Below, one piece after another: positions 12,801-25,999 of a stretch of DNA of 56,014 bases; positions within the stretch are counted from its first letter, which is position 1; every line of letters starts with the position of its first letter. The position numbers and the translations under genes are program-made. The notes beneath the pieces were generated by a model. That model was not told the DNA's origin and did not search any database. It worked only from the letters and a program-made list of their open reading frames with translations. This stretch comes from Vicugna vicugna (Eukaryota): assembly GCA_013265495.1 (NCBI GenBank), contig MU058658.1:186001-242014 (forward strand), given 5' to 3'.

Positions 12801-15010
12801 GATATGGTGCTGAATTTGTTTTGTTAATATTTTGTTCAGGATTTTCGCACCAATGTTCTTAAGGAGTATTGCTCTGTAATTTTCTTGTAGTGTATTTGAC
12901 TTTGATACTAGGGTAATGCTTGTCTCAGAATGAGTTACAAAGTGTTTACTCCTCTTTAGTTTTTTGGAATTTTGAGGAGGATTGGTCCTAGTTCTTCTTA
13001 AAAAATGTTTGATAGAATTCACCATTGAAGCCATCAAGCCCAGGATTTTTCTTTGCTGGGAGATTTTGATTACCAATTCAATCTTCTTTGTAATTAGAAG
13101 TATATTCAGATTTTTCTATTTCTCTATGACTTAGTCTTCATAAGTTTTATGTTTCTAGGAATATGTCCATTTCATCTAGGTTTTCCAATTTGTTGGTTTT
13201 CAGGTCTTCATAGTACTCTCTTATGCTCTGTTTTTATTTCTTTAGAATCAAGTAATGTCCCCACTTTCTTTTCTGATTTTAGTAATTTGAGTCTTTTTTA
13301 GTTCATCTAGCTAAAGGTTTCTCAATTTTGTTGATCTTTGCAAAGGGCCAGCTTTTTGTTGTCTTTGTTAAAGATATAATAGAATTTTAACAATAGAGAA
13401 AAAAATCAATGAAATACAAAAAGAGAGACTCATTGTTTACCTGTTTTATATCTAGTAGTTAGCATCTACAAATCCTGAGCTCCCAGTTTATTCCTTCCCA
13501 CCTCCTTCCTCCCATGGATCATGTTTTTATCAATTCTGCTAATTTCTGTCCTTTAATTGAAGAGTTTAATCCATTTACATTTAAAGTAATTGCTGATATA
13601 GAGAGAATTCTGTCATTTTGATATGTTTTCTATGTGCATTATAACCTTTTTGTTTCTTGTTTACTGCATTACACTCTTGTGTTTAGTTGATGTTTTGTAG
13701 TAAAGTATTTAAATTCCTTTCTCATTTCCTTTTGCATATATTCTCTAGCTATTTTTTTGTGGTTACCATGGGGATTACATGTAACATATTAAAGTTTTAG
13801 CATTAACTTGATTTTATACCAGTCTACCTTCGATAACAGAAAAATACTCCTTTACAGCTCTGTCATCATCCCTTTCCATTGTTCATGTCACAAAATTACA
13901 TCTTTATATATAGTGTATGCCTAGAAACTTAAACTACTAAGTGTTTTAAATGCATTAGTCTCTTAAATTATATTGGAAACTACACATGGAATTATAAACT
14001 AAAGTTATAATTAATATTAGCTTTTAGCTTAACAATTTTTAAAAAGTCTTCTAAATTATGTAAAAACAAACAAAAAGTGGAGTTACAAAATAATACTAGT
14101 TTTTGTAATTGCCCATGTATTTACCTTTATCAAGATCTTTATTTCTTCATATGGCTTTGAATACTGTGTCGTGTCCTTACATTTCACCCTGGAAGACTCT
14201 TAAGAATTCCTTACAGAGCCAATCTAGTGGTAACAAACTCCCTCAGCTTTTATATATGGGAATGTCTTAATTTCTTCTTCATTCTTGAAGGACGGTTTTG
14301 CCAGATACAGGATTCTTGCTTGACACTTCTGTTTTGTTTGTTTTACATTTGAATATGTTGAACCACTACTTTCCAGCTTCCCAAGTTGCTGATGAGAAAT
14401 CTGCTGATAATCATTTTGAGGACCCCTTATATGTGACAAGTTGCTTCACACTTGCTATATACTCTCTTCATCTTTGGCTTTCAAAAGTTTGATTATAATT
14501 TTTCTCAGTGTGAGTCTATTTGAGTTTATTTTTCTTGGAATTCATTGAACTTCTTGGATGTTTCATTAAATTTGGGAGTTTTCAGCTATTTCTTCAAATA
14601 TTCTCTCTAACCCTGTCTCTCTCCTCTGTCTGGGAATTCCACAATGAGTATATTGATTCATTGGTTGTGTCACAGATCCCTTAGACTGTACTCACAGTTT
14701 TTCAACCTTTTTTTTTTCTGCTTCTCTGACTCAGTAATTTCCATTGTCCTATCTTCGAATTTACAGATTATTTCTTCTTCCTGCTTAAGTTTTCTTTTGA
14801 ATCCCTCTAGTCATTTTTTCATTTCAGTTTTTGTACTTTTTGCTCCTGAATTTTTTGTATTCCTTTTTAGGTTTTGTTTGTATTGATAGTTCCATTTTGT
14901 TTTTATCTAGTTTTCTTGACTTCCTCCATATCTTCCTTTCACTCCTTGAACTTCTTTAAGATGGCTGTTGTGAAGTCTTTGTCCAGTAGGTCTATATCAG
15001 ATGTTTTTCA
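9880..15010 (-). mobile_element. Composite old L1 fragments (3' UTR, ORF2, ORF1 remnants), antisense
   Basis: T-rich plus strand. Minus-strand peptides such as [49 protein letters not shown] and ARILYLAKPSFKNEEEIKTF are L1 ORF2/ORF1-like. Confidence 0.88.
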
Positions 15011-15024
15011 GGAACAGATTCTGG

Positions 15025-15350
15025 AAAGTTTCCAAACATGGGATTCCATGTCCACAGGACTCATTAGCCTCCTGGCATTGATGGATGGCAGTATATGCAT
15101 GAAGTATTGCCAACCCAAGAATTTCACTGAGTCTTGTTACATAAGTACGACTGAGTGAATCAGTACCTGCATGACTCAGTCCCTGCCCTCTCCTTGTCTC
15201 TTCCTGGAGGTCTAGTTGTTATCTTATGGCTCAGAGCCCCAACTTTGATCACATAGGTGGTCTTTCAAGCTTCGCACTGAGTCATCTCTTCAACATAAAC
15301 TATCTGTGGGCCCAGATGAGTTACTTATTTGCATGACTATCCAGTCTGGA
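15025..15350 (+). mobile_element. MER21-like LTR fragment
   Basis: gaagtattgccaacccaagaa...ctcttcctggaggtc...ggctcagagccccaac resembles MER21-family LTRs (by eye). Confidence 0.4.
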
Positions 15351-15593
15351 ATTGACTGTGTCTTTTTCCAGCACCCTGTCTCCTAACCCAGCCACTTCTC
15401 TGGGTCTCCCTTTTAAGGTGTCAACAGTTCAAGAATAAGGAAAGAAAGAAATTGTTATGCTGGAATTCAGAGGTAGGAAACAATGGCAGACACAGAGGCA
15501 CTGTTTTCATCATTTTTTTTACTGAAATGTTGATTTTCTTTCTTCTATGTTGGCATTATTAACAGGTCTTTTTGTATATTGTATTTCTTTCAG

Positions 15594-17224
15594 GTGACAA
15601 AGGAAAACCCAAAACCGCAGAACCCACCCCTTGTGAGCCAGCCCAGTCTGAGGGAGCCTCACTCAAGGGACAATTAACACAAAGAGTTTCCAAGGGCTCT
15701 CAGTTAGGCCAAACCGAGGATCAAAAAGGGTCATGGGAGATGCAGGAAGGACACTTGAAACCAGAGATAGAGCCCCAGAAGGAGAAGCTCCTTCAGAAAC
15801 CAAGCTCTGAACATGGCAGCTTAGGGACAGCTGATGGTGTGTGTTCAAGGACTGTAGAGGAGCCAGTCCCCCCGGCAGGTGCTGCCCATGCCCATGACTT
15901 GTGTGGAGCAGGTGGAGATCTCATCATTCAAGAAGAAGAAAATATCTTTAAATGCAACGAATGCGGGAAAGTTTTTAACAAGAAACGCCTCCTCGCCCGA
16001 CATGAGAGGATTCACTCTGGAGTGAAGCCCTATGAGTGCACAGAGTGTGGGAAAACATTTAGTAAGAGCACTTACCTCCTTCAACACCACATGGTCCACA
16101 CAGGGGAGAAGCCCTATAAGTGCATGGAGTGCGGGAAGGCCTTCAACCGCAAGTCACACCTCACCCAGCACCAGCGGATCCACAGTGGGGAGAAGCCTTA
16201 CAAATGCAGTGAATGTGGAAAGGCCTTCACCCACCGCTCCACTTTCGTTTTGCATAACAGGAGCCACACTGGGGAAAAGCCCTTTGTGTGCAAAGAATGT
16301 GGGAAAGCCTTCCGAGATAGGCCAGGTTTCATTCGACACTACATCATCCACAGTGGTGAGAATCCGTATGAGTGCTTCGAATGTGGCAAGGTCTTCAAAC
16401 ACAGGTCCTACCTCATGTGGCACCAGCAGAGCCACACAGGGGAGAAGCCCTACGAGTGCAGTGAGTGTGGGAAGGCCTTCTGTGAGAGCGCCGCCCTCAT
16501 CCACCACTACGTCATCCACACGGGGGAGAAGCCCTTCGAGTGCCTGGAGTGCGGGAAGGCCTTCAACCACAGGTCATACCTCAAGAGGCACCAGCGGATC
16601 CACACTGGGGAGAAGCCTTTTGTGTGTACTGAATGTGGAAGGGCCTTCACCCACTGCTCCACTTTCATCCTGCATAAGAGGGCCCACACTGGAGAGAAGC
16701 CTTTTGAGTGCAAAGAATGCGGGAAAGCCTTTAGCAATCGGGCAGACCTCATTCGACACTTCAGCATCCACACTGGAGAGAAGCCCTATGAGTGCACAGA
16801 GTGTGGGAAGGCCTTTAACCGCAGGTCCGGCCTCACCAGGCACCAGCGGATCCACAGTGGAGAGAAGCCCTACGAATGCATGGAGTGTGGGAAAACCTTC
16901 TGCTGGAGCACAAACCTCATTCGCCACTCCATCATCCACACTGGAGAGAAGCCCTATGAGTGTACTGAGTGTGGAAAGGCCTTCAGTCGCAGCTCCTCCC
17001 TCACTCAGCATCAAAGGGTTCATACTGGGAGAAACCCCGTCAGCGTGACCGATGTGGGGAGACCCTTCACAAGTGGGCAGTCCTCGGTTGACCTCCAAGA
17101 GCTCCTATTGGGGAAAGACTTTTTGAATGTGAACACTGAGGAAAATCTTTTGCCAGAGGAAACATCTTACTCAGAATCTGATCGTTCATACCAAAGAGAA
17201 AGCCCGCAATTCCCTTCCCTGTGA
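15594..17224 (+). CDS. ZNF805: ZNF805 exon 4: spacer, 13 C2H2 zinc fingers and C-terminal tail
   Basis: tttcag|GTGACAAA acceptor, open to TGA 17222-17224. Fingers NKKRLLARH, KSTYLLQH, RDRPGFIRH, KHRSYLMWH, CESAALIHH, SNRADLIRH and CWSTNLIRHS match recalled human ZNF805. Spliced CDS 33+127+96+1631=1887 nt. Confidence 0.93.
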
Positions 17225-17899
17225 GAAAGCCTTTTGGAGGATGTCATTTGTCATCTAAAGAGTCCTGTTAGAGATTGACCCAACCTAGAGCCTTACTCTA
17301 CATCTGAGAATCCATCTAGGAGAGAGACCCAGTGCTTATTATGCACTTAGGAGAACCTTCAGCTATGTGTTTCATCTTAGTTTACACTGCACTGTTATCT
17401 CAGGAATTTCTTTTTTTTTTAAGAAGGGAGAGACTCAGAATAGAAAATGAACTACAAAAAAGTTTTTCACACTCCTTGCCAAGCTGTGGCACTTTGTCAT
17501 GGTTCCTTAATTTACTTGGCAGGAGGAGCATTTTGTTTCCTTGGTACAAGACCCAGACTCTGTGTGTCTTGTATATACATTCATTGCTGTCCAGTGTAAA
17601 GAGAGTTAGACAGGTCTGGAAACTTTCATTGAATATCGTTTTTGTTCTAAAGCATTGTCTTTATTCTTAAGGACCTTAATTTTTGTGAGAAGTAGTGGTT
17701 TGAGCAATCAAATTCCTTTATATTTAAGGAGATGAAAACCCAGATATGGATGGGCACGTTCTATTGTACCAGTTAAGACTATTTAGGCTTTGATTTTTAA
17801 AAGACAAGTCTTTTCTTCATATGATTTTAAACACCTAATACTCAGACTTTCTCTTGTTTCTCTACTATTACTGGTCTACCTGACTGCTGTAGCTATGTG

Positions 17900-20800
17900 G
17901 TCAGTCTTTTAATAGGGTAAAGTGATTCCTCTCTGTTCTTATTTAAAATTGATTTAGCACTCCTTGTTACTTTGAATTTCCATATAAATTTTGAATAAGT
18001 TTGTCTATTTTTACCAAAAAAAAAGACTGAATTTTGCTAGAAATTGAGTTACATTAGCAGATCAGTTTGTTGAGAGTCAGCATCTTTGCTGTTTTGAGTC
18101 TTCCAATTCATGAATATATTATGTCTACATTTATTTAATATGGCTTGATTTATTTCATTATTGTTTTATAAGTCTCAATAATCCTGTACAGTTTTTATAA
18201 GATTTATATATAGGTTTTTTTTTTGAGTGATTGAAAATAGCATTGATTTTTAACCTTTCAATTTCCTCCCAGTCTTTGGTAGTGTACAGAAATATAATTT
18301 TTTTCCCATGCAACCTTACTAAACTGTAGCTGTTTATTTTGATAGAGTCCTTGGGATTTTCTACATAGAAATATCATCAGCTGATAGAGACAGCTTTACT
18401 TCTTCCTTCCTACTTGTATACCTGTTATTTCTTTTTCATGTCTTACTGCACTAGCTAGGATTTCTAATATGATTCTGAATACTAGTAGTGAGAAAACATG
18501 TTTTTGCCTGATTCCTGCTATTAGGGAAAACACATTCAGGTTGTCATCATTAAGTATGGTGTTAATAGTAAGGTTTTCTTTGTAGAGCTTTCTTGAGTTT
18601 ATAAAGTTTCCCATATTCTTCATTGGCTGAGTTTTTTTGTAATTGTGAATGAGGGTTGAATATTGTCAAATGCTTTTTTTTATAATCAATTGATAGAATC
18701 CTGTGTTTGTTTGTCTGTCGCCTGTTGATATAAGGTGTTAGGTTTATTTGAGTTTTGACTGTTGAACCAGCCTTGTATTCTTGGACTAAGCCCCACTTGA
18801 TCATGGAGTATAATTATTTTTATACATCATATTACAGTATTAATATACTAGTATTTAGTTGAGGAAGTTTTCCTCTAATGAGTGACAGTGATATGTAGTT
18901 TTCTTTCTTTTCTTTTTTTTTTTTCCCGGTGGTCATCGTCCAGCCTCCTAACATGTTGGGAGGCGTTATTCTGTTATTTGGAAGACTGTTGTGTTGTATA
19001 GCATTGGTCTTGTTATTTTAATGTTCTGTAGCATCCCCAGTGAACCATCTAGTCCTGGAGATTTTTCTTTTGGATGTTTTTTAATTATGTATTTATTTTA
19101 TTTAATGTGTATAGAACTACTCAGAGTATCTATTACATATTGGGTAAGTTTTTATAGTTTATCTTTTTCTAGGAATTGTCCCATTTCATCTAAATTTTCA
19201 TGTTTCAAGTATTCCTTTATTATCTTTTCGATGACAGCAGAATCTATACTTACAGCCTCTGTTTTATTCCTGATATTGGAAATGGGTTAACTGTTTTATC
19301 TCGGTGAATCTTCTTAGACATTTATCAATTTTATTTTTATCATTTCAAAGAACTAGCACTTTATATCATTTTTTTCCTCTGTATCTTTCTTTTCCTAATT
19401 TCACTGATTTTTGTTCTGATCTTTATTATTAATCTTTTCTTTTACTTGCTTTGGTAGTATTTTCCTCTGCAGTTTCTTGAGGCGAGTGCTTAGTTTATTG
19501 ATTTGAGGGTTTTGTTTTTTTTTACTTTATTAATATAAGATTAAGTTCTGTAAATTTCCCTCATAGCACTGTTTTAGTATCTTGTCTTATGTTCTAATTA
19601 CATTTCATTCAGTTCTAAATATTCCTTTATTCGAGACTGCCTATCTAACCCATGAACTATTTAGAAGTATGTTGTTTAATTTCTCAGTGTTTGGAGTATT
19701 TTATGTTTTTTTCCCATTGATTGCCAGTTTGTTTTATGTTTGATTTGGCTATTTAAATTTGTTGAGGTTTGTTTTATGACCCAAGATGTAGTGTATCTTG
19801 ATGAATGTTCTGTAAGGCTGCTGCAAAAGAATGTGTATCCTACTGTCATTAGTAGAGTTTGTATAAATGTGGACCCGATGCTGATGATGTTGATAATGTT
19901 TTTCAGATTTTCTGTATCTGCTGATTTCTTGTCTTGTATTTCTGTCTGTAGCTGAGAACAGGGTGTTGAAGTCCTGCAGTTTAATTCTAGAATTGTCTAT
20001 TTCTCTTTTAAGTTCTGTCACTTTTTTTCTTCCTGTATTTGAAACCTCTGCTGTTTGGTGCATACACATTTAGGATTGCTATGTCCTTTTGGTGTATTGA
20101 CCCTTTTGTCATTATGTTTGGTTTCTTTTTGCTCCTGTAATTTTTTTGTTTTGCTTTGACATGTATTTATATGATTTTCATATAGTCACTGTTGAATTTT
20201 TTGGTTAATGTTTGCATGGTTTATATTTTTCCATAATTTTATATTCAACCTTATCTGTATTGTTACATTTGAAGTAATGTAATATATGAATATTGTGAAT
20301 AGCATCTACTTAGCTCATTTTCTTATATCCATTTTATTGATTTCTGTTTTAAATTGGTATATTTAGACCATTTAAATTTAAAATAATTATTGATACTTTT
20401 AGGGCTTTTGTCTGCCATTTTATGATGTTTTTGTTCCCTGTTTGTTGCTGCCCTATTGTTTGGTTTTGGTTTTGAAAGTAAGATTCTCTTTGTTTTGCCT
20501 TCTTGTGGGTTACTTTAATTTTTGGAATTCCATTTGATGCATCTGTGATGTTTTTTAGCATATCTCTTGTATTTTATTGGTTATTCTAGGTGCTGTGTTG
20601 TACATACAGAACTTACCATAGCCTAGTATCAGCATTTTGGCACTTTGACACGTAGAAACCTTACTTCCATTGGGTTTCTTTACATTCCCCATTCTTTAAT
20701 AGAATTTTCTTAAGTATTTCCTCTTCTTATACCGAGCACCATATTGGATGATATTCTTTTTTGCTTCAGCTGTCAAACGGTATTTACAAAATTCTTAAGA

Positions 20801-21620
20801 GGCACAGTCTGTTTACTTCTACTTTTACTCGTTACTTTATTCTTTCTTCCTTCTTGAAATCCTTGGATTTCTTCCATTAACAGTTCCTTTTTAATATTTT
20901 ACCCACCAACATTTATAGTCTGTTTTCTGGGTTAGGTTTTCTGGTAGCAAATGTATTTTATTTTCTTTCAACTAAAAATGTTTTTATGTCCCAAAGGATA
21001 TTTTTGTGGGATATAGGATTCAAGGTCAGCAGTTCTTTTGTTTTGGTACTTGAAAAGCATGTCATTTCCCTCTGTCTTCCATGGTTTCAGGTGAGAGGTC
21101 TACTGGCATTTGACTTATTATTTCTGTATCTGGAATGCATCCTTTCTGTCAAGTCCTTTCAAAGTGCTTTTTCTTTGTATATAGAGTTCTAAAGTTTGAT
21201 TGTGAGGTAACCTGCCATAAAATTTGGGAAGCCTTTTCTGTTTGGTGTTTGCATAGCTTTTTGAATCGTGTGTATGCCATTTGGCAAATTTAGGAACTGT
21301 TTAGTTATTCAAGTTTTTTTTTTTTTTTCAGCCCATTTCTTTCAGGGGTTCTAATAACATGAATGGTGTTCTCTGGTTCTTGTTCCACAGGACCCTCAGG
21401 CTCCCATCTTTTTGTCCTCCCCCTCCCAGTCTGTTTTCCCTCTGTTGCTCATGTTGATTAATTTCCATTGATCTCTCAGAGCTCACTGATTCCTGTCTGT
21501 CTCATATATAACCTACTATTGAACTCACTCAGTGAGTTTTCATTTTGGTTTTTGAATTTTTCAATTGTTTGACTTCCTTTTGGTTCTTTTATACATCTTC
21601 TATTTCTTTGCATACTTTCC
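17900..21620 (-). mobile_element. Old L1 fragments, antisense
   Basis: Minus-strand peptides NLNVFSLIAGIRQKHVFSLLVFRIILEILASAVRHEKEITGIQVG and TFIKIHYILGHKTNLNKFK are L1 ORF2 RT/EN-like. Confidence 0.85.
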
Positions 21621-23429
21621 AGTGCCAAAGATGTCTTGAGATAACAGGCAAAACTGGGTAGTCCAAAGTCAAAGGTTCTCTGATGATTTATCTTGATATT
21701 GGAATAGAAAGTCTAAATTACCTGGAGGCGTAGAAGGCCTGCAGTCTCCTACGTTGGTATCCACAAATATTTCTTAAGAAAAAAATATGCTGTGGGTGAC
21801 CTGCAGATTGTTCAGAGTTGTATTCTCCAGGGAAGATTTGTGTGTAAAATTCCCTAATTCGCCAAGACTTGTTACACCCTCAGTGGAGGAGGGGATCACT
21901 CATTCCTCTTCCAGGATCATTCTTCCTCTTCATGGTTGAACACATTCCATACTCACCAACTCATATAGGACCTCTGTCTTTCTTTTTCACCTCTATTTTT
22001 TGGTCTTTGACATCTCCCTGTTAAGGCCCTTCTATCCTCATAACTTATCTGGGTTCTTCACCCGTGGGCACTTCCTGCCCTGCATGCACACTGAGCTCCT
22101 TCTCTTCTCTCACAGATGCACCCCGTGTAACTGCTCTGTCCTCACCCCCTCGCGTCCCTTTCACTCCACTGACAACTAAAGAATGACCTCCACCATGATC
22201 ACCTGACTTAAGCAGGCCTCACAAAGCTCCCTTTACTCCTCCTCCCAACCCCCGAATTAGACGGCTGCCCACCTGTCTGACTTGAGGTCCTTTCCTGGTT
22301 TCTGTGAGTTTCTGCCCTTCTTCAGAGGGTCTGTGTCTTCGTGCATGTATTAAACCATTGTATTTCCTGGGATCCATCCAGGGCTCTCTTTTTCTCACTT
22401 GTGATGTGTTCTATGAATGAGTTAATTCCCACTCGAAGCATTTTACACTCAGTGATCTACAGCGTTCCCCCAGATCCGCATGTCCAGCTTGCGTGTTCTC
22501 ACGTCTGTCACCTGCTGTTCGTACTTCCACACCTTGTGTGTATGCGCATTCCCTGAGTTTGTGCCTGTGCTGTGTGGTCCAGGCCATCGCCACGAGGATG
22601 CAAGCAAACATGTGGCACTGCTCTACATCAGCCACTGTTTGGAATGTTTAAACACATCAGCCCTTCACCTTTGCACCAAGTCTTTGTGGTAGATAATGTT
22701 ATCCTCATCTTACAAGTCAAAACACAGGAATGGAAAGATTCAGAGAATTGCCCAAAGTTTATGACAAAGTATGAGATTAGGAGTGGAGGCCATTTAGGCT
22801 GACCGCGGAGGCCATGTCCTTAGCACTTTCCCAGATTCCCTCTCACAGTGTGAGTCTTTGTTTTCCTGGTCACTATTCATTTTTACTAAAGTTGACCAGA
22901 TTATACTCATTTGCTCTGTAACCGCCTTTGTCACTTGACAGTGCATCTCGTGACGGGCGTCCCTTCGGGTGGACTGAGAACCCAGACTCAGCCTTCAGTG
23001 GCTGCGTCGTCGCTTGTAACTCTGTAGGAAATACAGATAGCCTCTGAGTCTGAGGGAGCAGGTAGGTAGAGGAGGGGTTAGACTGGCACCTGGTGTTAGA
23101 TCTTGTGTTTGAGGTACCTTCCCTCAGTGAATCCCACTGTCTTGTCTGTCTTGTCCATGCCAGACACCTCGCAGCCATTTTCCTTCCATCATTCTTGCAT
23201 CCCACCACTGTGTGATTCTGTTCATTTTACCTTTTTATTTTCCTTAGTAGACACTCGGTGTGTGTGTGTGTGGTAGTGAAAGGCCACACACATCTGTTTG
23301 CCTCCCTCACAGAGTGTCTGCACAAAGCTGTGCCTGTAGTTGGCACAGTATTTGACCTATATTGACCTCAAGGAGAGACTACCTGCGCTTTTATGGTCAG
23401 ATCTGTAAGACTTTGAAAGTCGTAATGAA

Positions 23430-23895
23430 TGACTGTTGAGAATCCTCAAGACTGCCCAGGTCTGATGACTTACTAGGAAGACTCAGAGGACGCAGTGTGC
23501 TGTCCTACAGTCTCAGCCAAGGGAAAAGACCCAAAGGCTGAGTCCAGAGGGACCAGGGACAAGCTTTGGGTGTTCTGAGTGCCTAATTTAAATTCTGTCC
23601 GTGTGTTATGACAGCAGGTGTGACGTGCCTACTGGGGAAACTCACTGGAACCCCAGTGCCCATGACGTTTATGGGGCTCCCTGTCTAGAGCATCACCAGA
23701 ATTCTAGCCTTCCGGAGGCACAGCGTGTTGGCAGCGTAAGCCACATCGTACACACAGACAATAGGGACACTGAGCCACTTGTCATTTCTGGGAATGATAG
23801 GAATCCTCCTGAAATCTAAGGTCCCAAACTTCAGCCAAGGGCAAACTTTGAAGCTCAAAGGATAGCGTGAATATGTTAACGCTTTTTCCGCAGTG
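23430..23895 (+). mobile_element. MER21/ERVL-type LTR relic
   Basis: tcctcaagactgcccagg...aggaagactcagaggac...ttcagccaagggc...tatgttaacgctttttccgca resemble MER21-family LTR text. Confidence 0.55.
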
Positions 23896-24879
23896 ACGTG
23901 AATGATACCACATGCCAAGGGAGTTCAAACTTCTTTAACAAAAACACTTTGCTACAACAAAAAATAAATCAGTGCTTTGAGGTGAAGGCTTATATACATG
24001 TAAATCATGGTAACTAAAACGATTAGTTATATCACAGTGGGAATTCTTAAAAAGTGGTCAGGATTTTATTTAGTGATGACAAAATATAGAGAATGGTGAG
24101 AAAGGATCTTGCCTCTCAATAAATCTGTGTCTATTTAAGCATGTCTTCAAGTGATTTGACTTGCAAATAGTCGCTTTGTTTGCCTTTATTTCTACAAAGG
24201 TGTAATGACCAGGTCAATGCTATGTATTTCCGTTGCACATACTTCAACGATTTCTCACTCTTTGTTCCCACTGTTGAAACATGTAGCCTTTGACTTCAAC
24301 GAAGAGAAAATTAAAGAATGCGAGGTCGTAATAATTTGTGCATCATTCAGTGTGCATAACTGTAGATTAAAGAGTGTGCTGTTGCAGGCGTTGTCGGGTT
24401 CATGGACACGTCTGTGAATTTTCCTGACAGGCTAGGAGAGCATTTGGCTCCAGCTGGGAGGGTGTTCCTCAGGGCCGTGACGCTGGAGACCTGCAGGAGT
24501 CTGGTCCCTGGGAGTATGCCTCTCCCCTTCGTACTCATCCTCTGGCCCCCAACTGCCCGCCCTGTCTCAGTTGTGGGATGCTGAGGTGCCTCTGGAATGC
24601 TCAGTCATAGCAGCCTTGGTTGCATTTTGAGGGTTAAAGATTTGTCATCTGTTCACAGGTAGGTCACACATCTCCCAGTCGAATGGGCTAAGCTGAATTG
24701 TAAACGAGCAGCTTACTTTTCCTTCCTTGGAGCAATGTCAAGAGCATGGGCCCTCTGGGAGTCGGACCACTTGGTTATACTTCCTGGCCTTGTTCTAAGC
24801 TGCTGGATGACTTGAAGGGAATGTCTGTCTACTCTGCTTTCTAGCTCAGAGGTCCGTGCGCTAAGCACGTGCGTTTGTT

Positions 24880-25380
24880 CTGACATCTTGGTGTCTGGCC
24901 CCTTGCTGATGCTGGAGAGACTGCTCCTCCCCGGGCGAGCTGTGCTTACCAACAGCAGAGGACTCCCCTGTGAGCGTGCCTTCCACATGCAGACCAGTCC
25001 ACAGCCCATGCCCATTAGCTGCCATCTATTGATGTCACACACACGAAGCCACTGTCTCCTTGGCCTGATCGGTCTGGGGCCAGGTACCAGGCAACTGAGA
25101 ACAGTTCCTTCTGAATTTATTCAAACTACCCAATCCTAAACCTGTTGACCCTCCTTGACGCTTTTCCAGCAAAAAGCGCAATGAAGACTGTTGCCCGGGC
25201 TTTCCTCGCGCTCCCTATACCCCCGGCCGACCCTGGTGCCCTCACGTGGCCCCGCGTGGTGTGGTACTGCCCCTCTGGGGGACTCTGAGGAGCGAAACCG
25301 TCTCTTCTGTGGCACTTGTCTCCTGATGTGTTGGCCTTTCCATACCTTAATAGTAATGAGAACTTAACAATTCAAAGCAA
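24880..25380 (+). mobile_element. ERVL-type LTR relic (MER74-like)
   Basis: ggagagactgctcctcccc...gccaggtaccaggcaact...ttattcaaactacccaatcctaaacctg...caatgaagactgttgccc. Similar text at 28470-29055. Confidence 0.5.
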
Positions 25381-25999
25381 TCCACCTCAAAGCATTAATG
25401 TGGTAAATTTTAAGAGCTTAGCAAGTCAAGTTGCGATTTTTATGTCACTTCAAAAGATTAGGGTGTGAGTGCACCAAGCCAGGTGTGACCATGGGCAGAG
25501 TAGGGAGCAGTGTCCAGGAGGGGCGGTGCCCAGGCGAGCAGGTGGGAAGCCAGTGTCTGCGGGAGGACGGTGTTAGGAAGATCCCAGCTACCCCCCGTGG
25601 GATTGGTGCTTTAGAGAGATGGCTCCAGAGGCCCTTCTCATAGACCCATGCCTCTGAAAATGGCCAAGGACAACTAGTTGAGGTCCCCAAATACACAGAC
25701 TGCCTTCAGATCTTCTCCTGGTGTCACTCCGTCAGCGTTTTGAGATTTGGAGGAAGCAGTGCCTTTCTGTGTGCCATCGCCCAAGTTCTGCTGCGTCATT
25801 TGTTCCCTTGGTCACCATCCCTTCCACGGACACCATCATCTCTTCCCGTCCCTTAAGGCATTTACAGCTGTGCCATCTTTCATCACCTTTGCTCTCCTGC
25901 TCTTCTCGGCTTCTTCCCATGTCCCTGCTTCTGTATGAGTCCTCGCTCAGGTTAAAGTACTTCCTTTCTTTACTTTACCCTTGTCAGTGATAGCTGAGA

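Noticed and set aside
15945..17030. 84-bp periodicity resembling a CRISPR or other repeat array
   Set aside because: It is the 28-aa zinc-finger repeat in a mammalian gene.
15845..17098. Antisense ORFs over the zinc-finger exons (also 43935-45386)
   Set aside because: Expected shadow ORFs of periodic C2H2 codons.
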